Of a stretch of 59,965 nt of DNA, positions 1-13,600 are shown piece by piece (position 1 is the first letter of the stretch; every line of letters begins with the position of its first letter). Position numbers and translations under genes: made by a program. The DNA lies in contig NC_069007.1 in assembly GCF_001194135.2 (NCBI RefSeq), positions 3,605,494-3,665,458 of the forward strand, in the 5' to 3' direction. The notes below the pieces were generated by a model. That model was not told the DNA's origin. It ran no database searches and saw only the letters and a list, made by a program, of their open reading frames with translations. This DNA comes from Octopus bimaculoides. Taxonomy: Eukaryota.

Positions 1-211
1 TATACACTCTAATATATGTAACTGCTCGAAATGGTCGTGACTTCTGGAACTTGACTGAGGAAAGAAAGCCACAAATGACCCATCCTCTTTGGCCTGTCCT
101 AATTGTTGTTTCTCTTGTCCGCCTTTCAATCATCCTTCTGTCCAGATGTTTTAATGCCCTCTCTTCTCTATTGCATTTTTGTTCCATATATATGTATGTA
201 TGTGTGTGTGT

Positions 212-375
212 GCAGGAGTGGCTGTGTGGTAAGTAACTTGTTTACCAACCACATGGTCCCGGGTTCAGTCCCATTGTGTAGTACCTTGGGCAAGTGTCTT
301 CTACTATGGCTTCGAGCCAACCAAAGCCTTGTGAGTGAATTTGGTAGACGGAAACTGAAAGAAGCCCGTAGTATA
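212..375 (+). mobile_element. tRNA-derived SINE family A (CORE-like ACCTTGGGCAAG); many copies, e.g. 6197, 18505, 20615, 28270(-), 29330(-), 37045, 47515
   Basis: A-box TGGCTGTGTGG at 219, B-box GGTTCAGTCC at 262, recurrent body. Confidence 0.8.
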
Positions 376-439
376 TGTGTATGTGTTTTTGCGTCCCCGT
401 AATTTAGAGGTTCGGTAAAAGAGACTGATAGAATTTTAC

Positions 440-840
440 TTCNNNNNNNNNNTTTGAAGCCCAGGCTATTGCAGTATCTTGTCCTACATCTTGATGGCAA
501 ATTTGGAGTCCTTGGCACTATGCAATGGCGTCCAGTTCTTTTATTTGTGTAACTTTCGATGCCAAAGTTTGGGACAATACCTTCGAGGATCTTCCAGATG
601 TATATTATGGCATATTTTTCTCGTCTACGCTCTAAGGAATAGAGTCTTAATCTCTTGAGTCTTTCCCAATAGCTTATATGCTGCATAGAGGCTACCTTCT
701 TTGTGTAGCTTTGTTGGATTGCCTCAAGTTCTAAGATTAATTTGACACTGGTTGGTGACCATAGCTGAGAGCAATAGTCAAAGTGGCTTAGAACAAGTGT
801 CTTCCAGAGCACCATCATGGTTTCCTGATCTCTTGTTCTA
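440..840 (-). mobile_element. CR1/L2-group LINE ORF2 3' fragment
   Basis: TLVLSHFDYCSQLWSP and SYWERLKRLRLYSLERRR, typical post-RT motifs. Confidence 0.8.
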
Positions 841-842
841 TG

Positions 843-902
<60 letters not shown>

Positions 903-1869
903 TATACATACATATATACCTGTGAGGGGGCAATGCTAGCAGAGTCGAAATGATTGTCGTGAGCAATAAAGATTCTCATATTTCATCTGGAGTTTCTCTC
1001 ATTAATGCAATAGGAACATAATAGACTTACCGCATCTATCACACACATGAAATAAAAAGCCTTCAAGAAACACGGAAGGCTGGATGACTGGAACGGAGGG
1101 ATAAGATAAGATGGATTGAGTTGACTGCACTGTGACCTGGTTTAATACCACCATGCTTGGCTACATCCAGCAGAGTTCATGTGTTGCAAGAATTTGGATC
1201 AAGTCTTGATTCTAACGACAGATAACTAATTATCTTGGAGTGCTTCTTTCCTGCAATAGCAATACAAGACCCTAGCATAAAAATTTTTTTTTTTTTATTT
1301 GTCACCCTTCCTTTTTTGGTGATCTTCCTCTGACTTAACTCAAAGAGTAACAAACATCAAAATGTAGAGATTACCAAACATTATTCAACAAAGAAAATAT
1401 TGAGTGAATTTGTAACTTTCTTTAATATCAATTCACATACATTATATGAAACACATTCATTATTATCATTTTATGGCAGAAAGAATTATTATCATTATCA
1501 TTATTATTATTGAGTGGGAGAGCAACACATGCCATCAAAGTGATGTTGGAGTACAAGTATTCAGAGCCCAATATACCCATAAGGACTACCTGTCTGATAA
1601 GGGTACCCCAGGCACATGTATCACACCAACATGTGCATGACATGGTGAACTTATATCAACACGAACAGCCCATGACCTTGCAGGTCAGAATTCTCTCCAG
1701 GCAGAGTGGTCCACCCTGCTTAAAAACTCCCTGTAGACAGAAGTAGCATAAGTTGTCCACAGTTCAGAGTCATTGGCTACACAGACCACAAATTTGTTAT
1801 CTGTAGTGTTGACTTAGATAGGACTCTGGGTACTGGAAGCTGAACGTGTCTTTCTTGGCATGTATTCAG

Positions 1870-2700
1870 AGACCAGGTTAGCAAGTTAATCTTTGGCAGT
1901 TGTTGAGTTCAGTCATCAACAATTGATAGTGGTTGATAGTGGACAGGCCTGAAAAGGACTATTTGAGTAGAGGTGGTAGGGCTTAGTAAGGAAATAGCAT
2001 TAGAAGAATCTAGGATAAGGGGAGATTTAGTTAGGAAGTTAGAGGAGGCACTTAAGAGAGGCATAGCGACTGATATGCTGGTGGTGAGATTGGCTCTGGA
2101 TCGATTCTTCAATGCATCATCAGAGATAGGTTGCATCATCAGAGACGGGGCACATGCACTAAGACATGGGGGGAATGAAAACCATTCAATGGGCCCCGGG
2201 TGGCAGAAGTGCAACGTCGCAACAAAGCTACAATTCAGTCTTTGATGGGCTGGAAGGGGCACACACTACTCAAATCCAAGCAGATGTGTGCAGAATTTCA
2301 GCATCACTTCGCTAAATTGTATGGGGTGTGTGGTGAGTCAGAGATGAGGGTGGATTTTGTCTCCTCCCTTGGCAGCATGCTGCACCCTTCAGCCAGGGAT
2401 GAGGAGCTCTGTGAAATACCAATAACAGCCAAAGATATACTGAATGCAATGATTGGCTGCAAAAAGGAGAAGTCTCTGGACTGGATGGTCTGCTTTTCAA
2501 GCAGAAGTTATTGTCATCATCATCTGAGTGGCGAAATTTCAATAAAGTTTTTCTTTTCAAAACTGTTTAAAAATTCAATATGGTGGTGGAGACTTTTTTG
2601 AGAGGATGGTGGGAGGTAGCTTTGAAGGCAAAATTCGCTTTCACACTCAATCATCCGCAGCTGAGATCTAAGAAATATGGAAAGAGGTAGTAGCAGCAGA
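1870..2700 (+). mobile_element. Decayed L1/Tx1-clade LINE ORF2 fragments
   Basis: KATIQSL, EFQHHFAKLY, CEIPITAKDILNAM..K..KS, with frameshifts. Confidence 0.65.
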
Positions 2701-4359
2701 ATCTACAATATATGACCAACAGAAACAAAGGAAGAAAAAAAAAACTATGGAAACCACAGCACCAGTAGCGGCACCACCATCACAAAAGCACCAGTAGCGG
2801 CACCACCATCACAAAAGCCAACCAAAGCAACAACAACAAACAGGAAGAACAAATGTGCAAGTTCAACCACTGAAACCAGCACTATTAATGCCAACATGTC
2901 TGCTGGAAACAATAAAGTCAAGTGTTAATGGATTCACAGTTGTGGTGTGTGAAAATGTAAAGCTGTCGAGGATTTTAAAAAATGCAGGAAATAATGCTTA
3001 AGTAGAAATAAAATAAGAAAAAAAGAAGATGGGTTTACTCCTGAAGCCATTGTACAGAATATTCTGGAACACAATAGTAACAGGAGTGAAAAGTTATAAA
3101 TTAGAATGGACAACAAATTGAAAAGTGCCTGTGGGACACGAAAACACGTTGTAAGAGGGAAGCAATATGGCACTGAAGAGATGAGATTTTCCACAGAGGA
3201 AGAGGCAAGGAAGGATTCCACTTTGACCTTAAACAAAAAAAAAAAACCAAGACCTGTTTTTGGCACCCGTATACCTGCATTGTCAAGTGATGGAACCATG
3301 TATTCTATTATACTCCTCACAAGCAGCATCATTAGCTGAACAATGCCTTGGAAGTTACTAAAAGAAAGACCATCCATATTTGCGTCTGTATTGAACAAGC
3401 TATGATTCAAATGGTTAATGTCTGCTTGGAAAGTATTTTGGAATTCAGAGTGAAATAACTGGAATTATTCTTCAATGTCTTTCGATTCACTGAATTCGAT
3501 ACAAACATGGATGTAGTATTATATTTTCTGAAAAGCATCTATTTTTACCAATGGACAAGAATAAGAAAACTCATACATACACACAAATATATATACTCCG
3601 AAGCACAATGACACAAACACACACAATTATACAGGTGTAAATGTGCTTACAAGTATTCAAAGAATGCTTTGATAGTATACCTGTCTCCTTCAGGTGTAAA
3701 ATGAACAACACATAGAAATGCAGAAGTTCAAATTTTTTCTTTGTTTTAACCAGTTACAATCAAACAAAACGTGTGACATTTTTTTGTCTAAGAAGGAATG
3801 AAAAATAGGCCGATTGAAATTTTGCTTTTCAGTGTCTTTCATTTTGAATCCAAAGTTCAAATAATAATAACAATAATAATAATAATAATCCTTTCTACTA
3901 AAGGCACAAGGCCTGAAATTTGGGGAGGGGGAGGGAGTAGTCAATTACATCGACCCCCAGTGTTTCCCCAGTACTTAATTTATCCACTCAGAAAGTATGA
4001 AAGACAAAGTCAACCTTGGACAAATTTGAACTAGGAACATAAACACGGATGAAATGCTGCTAAGCATTTTGCCCATCGTGCTAAGGACTCTGCCAGCTCA
4101 CCATCTTAATAATAATAATAATAATAATAATAATAGAACCAGATATAACAATGATAGACAAGAAAAAGTGAAGTTGCTTACTAATTGATTTATGTCTGAT
4201 TCCAGGATTGTAAAGAAAGAGAAAGAAATTTATATATATATATATACATACACACATACACACACACAAAATCCCTCAAAATTTGAAAATGCAAGAATTT
4301 GAAATATGAAAACTGTAAAGGTTGTGTCTGTAATAATTGGTGCATTAGGAACTGAGAAC

Positions 4360-4394
<35 letters not shown>

Positions 4395-5592
4395 CCGTTT
4401 AACGTCCGTTTTCCTTGCTGGCATTGGTTAGATGGAGTGACAGGGGCTGACCAGCCAGGGAGCTGCACCAGGCTCCAAATTCTCTGTTTCGGCTTGATTT
4501 CTATGGCTAGATGCCCTTCCTAATGCCAACCACTTTACAGAGTCGTGCCACTAACGAATGGTCGAAGGAAGGGAGAAAGACGGACATGGCAACTAGCCAT
4601 GGGAAAAATCTGCTTCAACAAATTTTGTCTGAGCCATGCAAGCATAGAAGAATAGACATTAGATGATGATGATGATGAGGGATGCTTGTGTGTGTTGTAT
4701 CTGTATAAGATGAAGCAGCCTCTATGGAGTCACTCAGTCTCTAACAAACAGCAGAAAAATCTTCCCACCCCTTTAAATAACGGATCCCCTTAAAGCATAC
4801 CAATTAATTAGTCTCCACTCTTAATTGATGTGATGACCAAAGCCAAAATGTCTCGGGTGACACCACTCCCCCACACTAGAATGATAGCAAAAGATCAAAG
4901 ATAAAATACTCCAGATGACCAGCACCAATCCAAAATTACAGGGTGGTCATAACTAAAATGTCTTAGATGACACCCAACCGTCATCATTTAATGGCCATCG
5001 TCCATATGGGTAGGAGTCGGTCAGTTTGACAGGAACTGGTAAGCTATAAGATTGTGCCAAATTCCAGTGTCAGTTTTTGGTTGGGTTTCCATGGCTGAGT
5101 GCCCTTCCTAATACCTACCACTTTACAGAATTTACTGGGTGCTTGCTTTTTTTGTTTTTAATCTTTCTTTTAGTAGCAACAGCACTAGTGAAGTAATCAA
5201 GTAATTCATATAACAAGATATCCTCAAAAGATGAAATACAGAATTGAGGGAGATGAAAATATGAAAGGGACACACACCAATATATATAGACACACACCAA
5301 TATATATAGACACACACATGCATATATATATTTTTATATATATATATATATATATGCTTATATATGTACATACACACATGTACTTATATACATGTGTGTA
5401 TGTGTACATATGAATTTATAAATACATACTTATACAACAGAATTTTTTATAATAATGTATGGATATGTATTTGTGTGTATGTGTACACACACACACATCA
5501 TAAGTACATATACACTTACACACACACGTTTATGTGAACACACACACACATACACACACATCTTTATCCAAGACAAAAAAAAAAAAACAACT

Positions 5593-5820
5593 TTATAACT
5601 TCTTGAAAAGAGGAGCGTTTTGAGCGAAGACGCTACTCTTGGTGGTCCGGAAAGTCGGTGGCTGAACCAAATGGGTGGAAAAGGAAGAAAAGTACTCTGC
5701 AGCAAATTTCACCACATCGTCAGGTTTCCGTAGCAACAGGAACTGCAGAAAATCAGCCAGGAGTGATCGGATCTCAGGCTTTTGTTGCAAGTAGACAGAA
5801 AAATCATTCATGAATTTATC
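5593..5820 (-). CDS. CATIP: CATIP last exon, RIIa-like dimerisation/docking-type C-terminal domain
   Basis: ttatttttAG acceptor; DKFMNDFSVYLQQKPEIRSLLADFLQFLLLRKPDDVVKFAAEYF; TAA at 5595-5593. Confidence 0.92.
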   Translation of the reverse strand, partial: DKFMNDFSVYLQQKPEIRSLLADFLQFLLLRKPDDVVKFAAEYFSSFSTHLVQPPTFRTTKSSVFAQNAPLFKKL

Positions 5821-7652
5821 CTAAAAATAAGGAAGGAAATTATTGTTATATTGTTATTTCAAAATTAGATTTGAAAACAAAAGTATGATGGGGGGTAAGT
5901 CTCACAGAAGATTTTTTAGCAAGGCCACAACATATCCATTGCTGTCTTCCATTCTTGCCAAAATGATTGAAATAATATTACTCATGGAGCTAACATCCTC
6001 TCCTTCATGCATCCATGTGTTAATGCCAACAGTAAACAAAGGAACGGTGGTTTACGCTACATTGTGAACAGGGGTAGAGGAAAAGTGAACGCTCACAGCA
6101 TAAAACGTTAACACTACCAATGAATATAGTGAACAAGGGAAGATAGTCAATAATAGGACTGCGTTAAAATGAACGAAAAAAAACACAGTAAATGAGTGCA
6201 GGCATAGCTGTGTGGTTAAGGAAGCTTGCTTTGCAACCATGTGGTTGCAGGTTCATTCTCACTGCACTGCACCTTTGGCAAATGTCGTCTGATATACTCC
6301 GGAGTCAACCAATACCACATGAGTGAATTTGGTAGACAGAAACTGGGTGGAGCCATGTAATGTACACACACACACACTCGTGTATACACATTTGATTTGT
6401 TTGAATAAACCCTTTATGGTGGTGCTCCAGCATGACCACAGACCAATGACTGAGACAAGTGAAAGATAAAAGAACCACACTGAATGAAAGAACAGGGAGC
6501 AGAGGAATGAACAGGGAATGAAAAAAAACATGTGAAAGGGAGATAGCTACACAATCCATGTTATATAAAATTCCATGCTTATAAGGGGTGGATGGAATTT
6601 GTTGAGAGATTTTCTACAGCCAGATACCCTTCCTGTTGCTAACCCTTATCTCTTTCCAGGTTAGGTAATGTTTCTCTAAGGCCAGACATGTTTTCATGGA
6701 AGATTGGAAATGAATGGCACTGCTTGTATGAGGGTGACACTCATTTACAACTATCATACAATTTCAAGACAAAGAGAAACCAACAAAGGCACAAATGTAC
6801 GTATGTATACAGTAGCACCTTGGTTTATGAACAATCTTTCAATCATAAAATGTCTCTAATGGCAAATGATGTGTTGGGTGATGGACACACAAGCCAACAA
6901 CAATGGTTGGCAACAAGCTGGGAATAACACTGGGAGACCATCAGTTAGTGTCTAGCTTTTCAGTGCACATCCCTGTTCAAATTTGCTGTACTTTCTCTTG
7001 AATTTCCTATGGAAAAATTAGTTGAGTTTACAAACATTTCAGGGGACAAACAGCCCTCAGGAACGAATTAAATTCATAAACCAAGGTTCCACTGTACATG
7101 TATTCTGTATTTTTGCATTTTGGACACTACCTCAGGTTTCATGCATTACAGCTTGCAATTTTCAAGTCTTTGCCTTAAGAAATGGTGGTTATCCATCTCC
7201 ATATCTGCAGTAGACAAACATGTTTTTTTTATTCCATTCCACATAAACACATATGTAATATATACAATATAAGTAACATATGCAATACAATAAAACAAAT
7301 GTTGTTGGTCAGTATATATTTCCTAAAGATTTTGGCCAACAATATTTACACCTACCCACATCCCCCGAGGGAACATTGAAACATTACTTTAACCAATTTT
7401 TCCATACTAATAACACTTTGACATATTTAAGTGATAACCAACACCTGTCCAATAAAAAAAATGTAAAAGACCCTAAATAGTACCAACCTGCCAACTAACT
7501 AAACCTTAACACTTAGTTACATTCTTTTGTGAACTCTTAAAATCTCCATTACCTAAAAGCTGACACAATTAAATAAACACACCTAATTACAAAGATTTAA
7601 ATACTGGACTGAATTCTGAGCTTTAACCTTCACATTCTCAAAGCAAAAGGTT

Positions 7653-7690
<38 letters not shown>

Positions 7691-10600
7691 GTTTAACGTC
7701 CGTTTTCCATGCTGGCATGGGTTGGATGGTCTGACTGGGGACTGGCAAGGCAGGAGGCTGCACCAGGCTCCAGTCGGATCTGAGAAGGTTTCTACAGCTG
7801 GATGCCCTTCCTAACGCCAACCACTCCGAGAGTGTAGTGGGTGCTTTTTACGTGCCACTGGCATGGGAGCCAGTCAGGTGGCACTGGCATCAACCACGTT
7901 CCGATGGTGCTTTTTACATGCCACTGGCACGGGGAGCCAGTCAGGTGGCACTGGCATCGACCACATTCCAATGGTGCTTTTTACATGCCACTGGCATGGG
8001 GAGCCAGTCAGGTGGCACAGACAATGACCTACACATGAATGGTGCTTATTGCATGCCTAATATCTCATTAATATCCAAATAAAACCAAAAACTAAACCTA
8101 GTGATGCGGCTGACAAATCCACTGATATGGCTTTGGTTAGCCTGGGGTTATAGTAGTAGAAGATACTTGCCCAAGATACCACACCGTGAGACTGAACCTA
8201 GAACCATGTGGTGTGGAAGCAAACTTCTTAACCATGAAGTCACACCTACACCTCACGACCATACCCAATAAAATGTTTAGGGAACAAAGAAACACAAGAA
8301 ACAAAGGGTCACATGGGAGAAATGGAAACGTACAAATGTATGTAATGAAGAGAGAACCAGAAAGGACACCAGAACACCGAAAATGGAATCAATATAAAGG
8401 ATCAATATACAATGAACAATCTTTTATCATTTACTTGTTTCAGTCACTGGACTGTGGCCATGCTGGGGGCAAGCCTCAAGGGTTTGGTCAAGTGAATCAA
8501 CCCAGTACTTGATTTTCTAAGTTTAGTATTTACCCTATTAATATTTTGATGAACCACTAAGTTACAGGGACGTAAACAAACTAACACCGGTTGTCAAGCA
8601 GTGGCAGGGACAAATACAGACACTATGTGTGTGTACATACACGCGTACACTACAGGCTTCCATCTATCAAATTCACTCACAAGACATCAGTCAGCCTGGA
8701 ATGTAGTAAAAGACACTGAAGAAAAGAACACAGCGGACAATGGAATATGGTAAACAAGGGAAACACATGGAACAAAGGAAATGCACCAATGGTGTAGCTA
8801 GAGTAAGTGCCATCTGGGGCACATGGGTAGCTGTTCCCTGCCCCACATTATGCTACTAGAACAGTACAAAAGAACACAGTGAACGAGGAACAAGGAAAGC
8901 ACAAGAACATGGTGAAATGAATATAAATAATCACATTGAACATCAACATCGTCAAAGAACTTACCAAACAAGCCAGATGGCTGCTAGATTTTGAGAGAGG
9001 GCCTAGATGTGAAATGGCAACAATATATGACAAATGAATGCCTTTATGGAGACCTGTTGAAAGTTAGAAAATTACTATTTTTAAATCTCACAACGAGAGA
9101 TATTCAGCAACAGTACTTTGGAATAAAGATTATTTGCCAACATAACATGGCAGTCCTGGTTTAGGACGAATGTTGCTGTAATTTAGCCCCAGGAGACATT
9201 GTCTCCAGTTGGCTATATGACATGATCTGAGTCCTTATGTTTTCGAACAAGGGAATTTAGCACCCCCACTCAGTTCAAAACAATATCTGTGTATCGCGAT
9301 TTCCAGGTTATTTCCCTTCATCATGAGTGGGGGTGCTAGATTCTCTTGTTTGAAAATATAAGGACACAGATCGTGTCGTATAGCCGGCTGGAGATGATGT
9401 CCCCTGGGGCTAAATTACAGTAACATTCGTCCTAAACCAGGACTACCATGTTATGTTGGCAAACAATCTTTACTCTGTTGAAAGTTATTGAGAAGAACAG
9501 GTAAAGATGTCTGTGACTATCGGGTCACTGTCTGTGCCACCCTGAAATGGAAGCATCCAAATTCATCTTGAGGAACACACTTCATGGTGATGTAAGAAGA
9601 AGGAAACATCACAGTGACATCTTGATCATAGACACTAGCCTAGAATGTATCCAGGACCTCGAGGCAGTGGCGTTGGACCGAGAAGCGTGACAGGTGGACT
9701 TTGTTGCTGTGGCCTGGGTTGGAACCTGGCCATGGAGATTAAAAAAAAAAAAGAAAAATCAAAGCAGCTGCAAAGTGGGGCTGAACCTAAAACCACATGG
9801 TTGCAAAATAAGTTTCTTACACACACACACACACACACACAACTTTTCCTAGGAAAAATAGTGAAGAATGTTGGAATTTCCCTCCTGACAACAGGACTTA
9901 CTTTTTTNNNNNNNNNNNNNNNNNNNNNNNNNNNNNNNNNNNNNNNNNNNNNNNNNNNNNNNNNNNNNNNNNNNNNNNNNNNNNNNNNNNNNNNNNNNNN
10001 NNNNNNNNNNNNNNNNNNNNNNNNNNNNNNNNNNNNNNNNNNNNNNNNNNNNNNNNNNNNNNNNNNNNNNNNNNNNNNNNNNNNNNNNNNNNNNNNNNNN
10101 NNNNNNNNNNNNNNNNNNNNNNNNNNTATTCTGTTTTATGTTCAAACCAGCCAGATCTGGCTTCTCACTCCTGCCCTACAATGTCGTTCTAAAAATAAAC
10201 AATCGCATCATTGAAATCTCGAAGGTAAAAGATGACTTGTGATTAATTCAAAACAATTTGAATAAATAAGAACTAGTCGATACCTGTTGCTACGCTGCCG
10301 GGTAATGACTTAGTCAAGATGAAGTACATTCTTCAGCAGAAACCTACTACAATGTTCATATTGATTTGCTCAAAGACAACCTGTTTCTTTTCTTTCTTAA
10401 AACAAATTTTAATTCTATCTTTCTCTCTCACACACACAATACACACATACACACAAATATACACACATGTACATACACGTACATGCACACACACCATATA
10501 CACATATACATACACAGACAAACAATACACACACACATACATACACACACACACACATCTAGTCTTTTTTTAAGTCTGTGCTGCATTGTGTAGAACAGAC

Positions 10601-13600
10601 TTACACTTGTAATTCTCTTAGTAACTTGTTAGCTAGTTACTAAGGTGACAGCACTTTATCTACACACACAATTTCGCTCAACAATTTTTTCTCCTCCCCT
10701 TCCAAATATACAGTGTGACAGGCGTTATCTCGCCTTTGAATTTCTCCTTTCTTTCCTCCCTCTAATAGCTGTGATGGTCAGCCAGCCAAAGACCAATATA
10801 AGATTACATTTGATAGAATAATCTGAATGCCAAAGGATTAAAGTGGTCTAAATTAAAACCTTCCAACTAATTTCAGGTTAATTTGGGCTCCAAACACCAG
10901 ATTGTAGTGAAACCACCTCTCTCACGGTTATTTATTTACAAATGCGAACGTAGCAGGTAACATCTCTTTCCCGCCTCTGGACCCTGCTGTTGTCCATCAC
11001 CTGACTGACTCTTATTTGCGCGGCAATTGTCTCCAGTCCTTTCGCGCCAGGGTGCAAACTGACCAATCGTGGCCATCTAATAAGGTCACGTGAGAGAGTG
11101 TTTTTCTGATGCTTTCTGGAGCCTCCCTTTACCTATAAATAGCCTGCTTTAACCCGCACCAGTTTGTCGCGGCTTCAGATCTCACACAGGTCGGGTCGTT
11201 GACCACACATATACAGAACACAACATACAGCCAGTTCCAGCGCCGACGCCAGCAACACCAACCTACTGACTACCACAATGTCGTGCGCCAGCAACCCCAC
11301 CACCAGGAACAAACCAGGTTTTATCTCTACACTGTTGAGTGGATTGTTTCCACTCACGAATAACAGTCAGAACTAACCAACCAGAACTACTATACCAGGT
11401 AACACGGTCGCAGCATCCGACGCTCAACACACAGTGTGATACTACAGCTCTGCTCCTTGACCACAACTTCCTGCGTATCAACATTCTATTTCCTTGTGTA
11501 ACTTTAATACAAACTGTTTTTTTCTCTATAGACACTCTTTCTATGTTCTGTGTTACTTTCTCTCACACACACACTTGTACACACACATTTGTACACACAC
11601 ATATTGCTTATATGACTGTCTGTCACACTCACATTGTTGTATACCTTCTCTTGTATCAAAAGGCCTGACTTATCTACTGTGTCAATTATATATGTCGCAT
11701 GCACGCACACACAGACACAAAACAGTTTCACTTTGTTAATAAACGTATTCTCATATATCTAATGGTTGAGTTTGTCCTAAGTTCTTTTACTGGCACAATG
11801 GCTCGTATCTCTCTTACGAGGAGCCTTCTTCTATTATATATATCTTTATTTTTGTGTTCGACCGTGCGATGTGGTAAAAAGGAGCCTTTTCCCGTCTACG
11901 TCGCCATCTCCTTTGGTTCGCATGGTCGAAGTATTACAAGATTAATAATGGCAAAATTATTTTACTAATTTTTTCCTTATTTTCATCATTAATTGAAACA
12001 AAGACATATGGTAATGCAAGGATTAATCAGCAAAGCTGGAAAAATGGAATAACAGAGTGGGATAAAAGGCAGACATGTAAGTCAAAGAGATGACATACAG
12101 TTGTGAAGAAAACAGAACTGACAACAGAAACTGTGAAGAAGAAACTCACCTGACAACTCTATCAGTTACGACAACGGGGGTTCCAGTTGATCCAATCAGC
12201 AGAACAGCCTGCTCATGAAATTAACTTGCAAGTGGCTGAGCACTCCACAGACATGCATAACATAGTTTTAAGAGAGGTTCAGCACGATACAGGTATTACA
12301 GTAATCCCTCACTGTATTGTGGTTCACCTATTGCAGTTTTTTTTAATTTAAACTTAAGTCGATTTCTCTGTGGTGTTGTTTTGCATTTATGGTAAAATAA
12401 ATATATACAAATTATAAAAAATAATATAAAACATATACAGTACAGAACTGTTTCACCTAAAAAATATCAGTACCCATCATGACCGATGCCACTACACCCT
12501 GACTGGCTCCCGTGCCGGTGGCAAGTAAAAGGCACCATTCGAGTGTGACTGTTGCCAGCGTTGCCTTACTGACGCCTGTGCTGGTGGCACGTGAAAAACA
12601 ACATTCGAGCGTGATCGTTGCCAGTGCCGCCTGACTGGCCCTCACACCGGTGGCATGTAAAAGCATCCACTACACTCTCGGAGTGGTTGGCATTAGGAAG
12701 GGCATCCAGCTGTAGAAACTCTGCCAGAACAGATTGGAGCCTGGTGAAGCCTTCTGGCTCACCAGTCCTCAGTCAGACCTTCCAACCCATGCCAGCATGG
12801 AAAGCAGACGTTCAACGACGATGATAATGATGATGACTAACAGAGAGGTCAAAGCTGTTTCTTGTGTCCATTTCCTGTCTTAGGTGGCACACAAGTCTTC
12901 CACTCTTTTATCTCCATGCTGCCCTGTCAATGGCTATGATTTGCATCTGGGGTTCCAGGTTCCCCTTCCACTGGTCTACCTCTCTCTTTCAACAGTTCTT
13001 CTTCAGGTGTTCTTGGATCTTATATGGAAAGGATGGAGTCCATGAGCAGCAAAGAACCAAGAAGGAGGTCAAAGTACATTGGTGGCCACATCCTGAGAGA
13101 AGATCCCAACGATGACTGTTTTATAGTCATGACATGGGTCCCTGAAGGAAGGTGGAAGGGTGGAAAACCAAAGTGATCAAGATTTATCGACTGATATTGT
13201 GATATTGTTGTCAAGGACCACCAGGGAAAGAAGCACCAAGTGATTGTAAAATATCACCCGAAAAAGACAGAGAAATTATCTAAATATAAAAGGTGCATAT
13301 TTGATCATGTGACTAAGAAGTTCACTTCAGAAAACAGTCAAAGGTTCAATTCCAATGAGTTTATTATTGGTTGGGGTCTTCTATAATAGCCAGAGTTTGC
13401 ATTGTGAGTGAAATTTGGTAGATAGGAAATGTACGAAATCCATATGTTATACACAGACATGCAAATGTTTTGTTAAACTCTGAGGAAGTGAATTTTATTG
13501 TATTATATAATTTCAACAAACAATTATGCAATAATAACAGTTAATTTGTCAAAACATGGGTATGTTTTATACAGCATAAAACACCATATATGTTTTCTGT

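Noticed and set aside
7145-7204. Candidate for the missing CATIP exon (AG|AT-ATG-GAG-ATG, reading DMEMDNHHFL)
   Set aside because: It hits an in-frame stop with no phase-0 GT donor and does not match the KPLxWEED motif.
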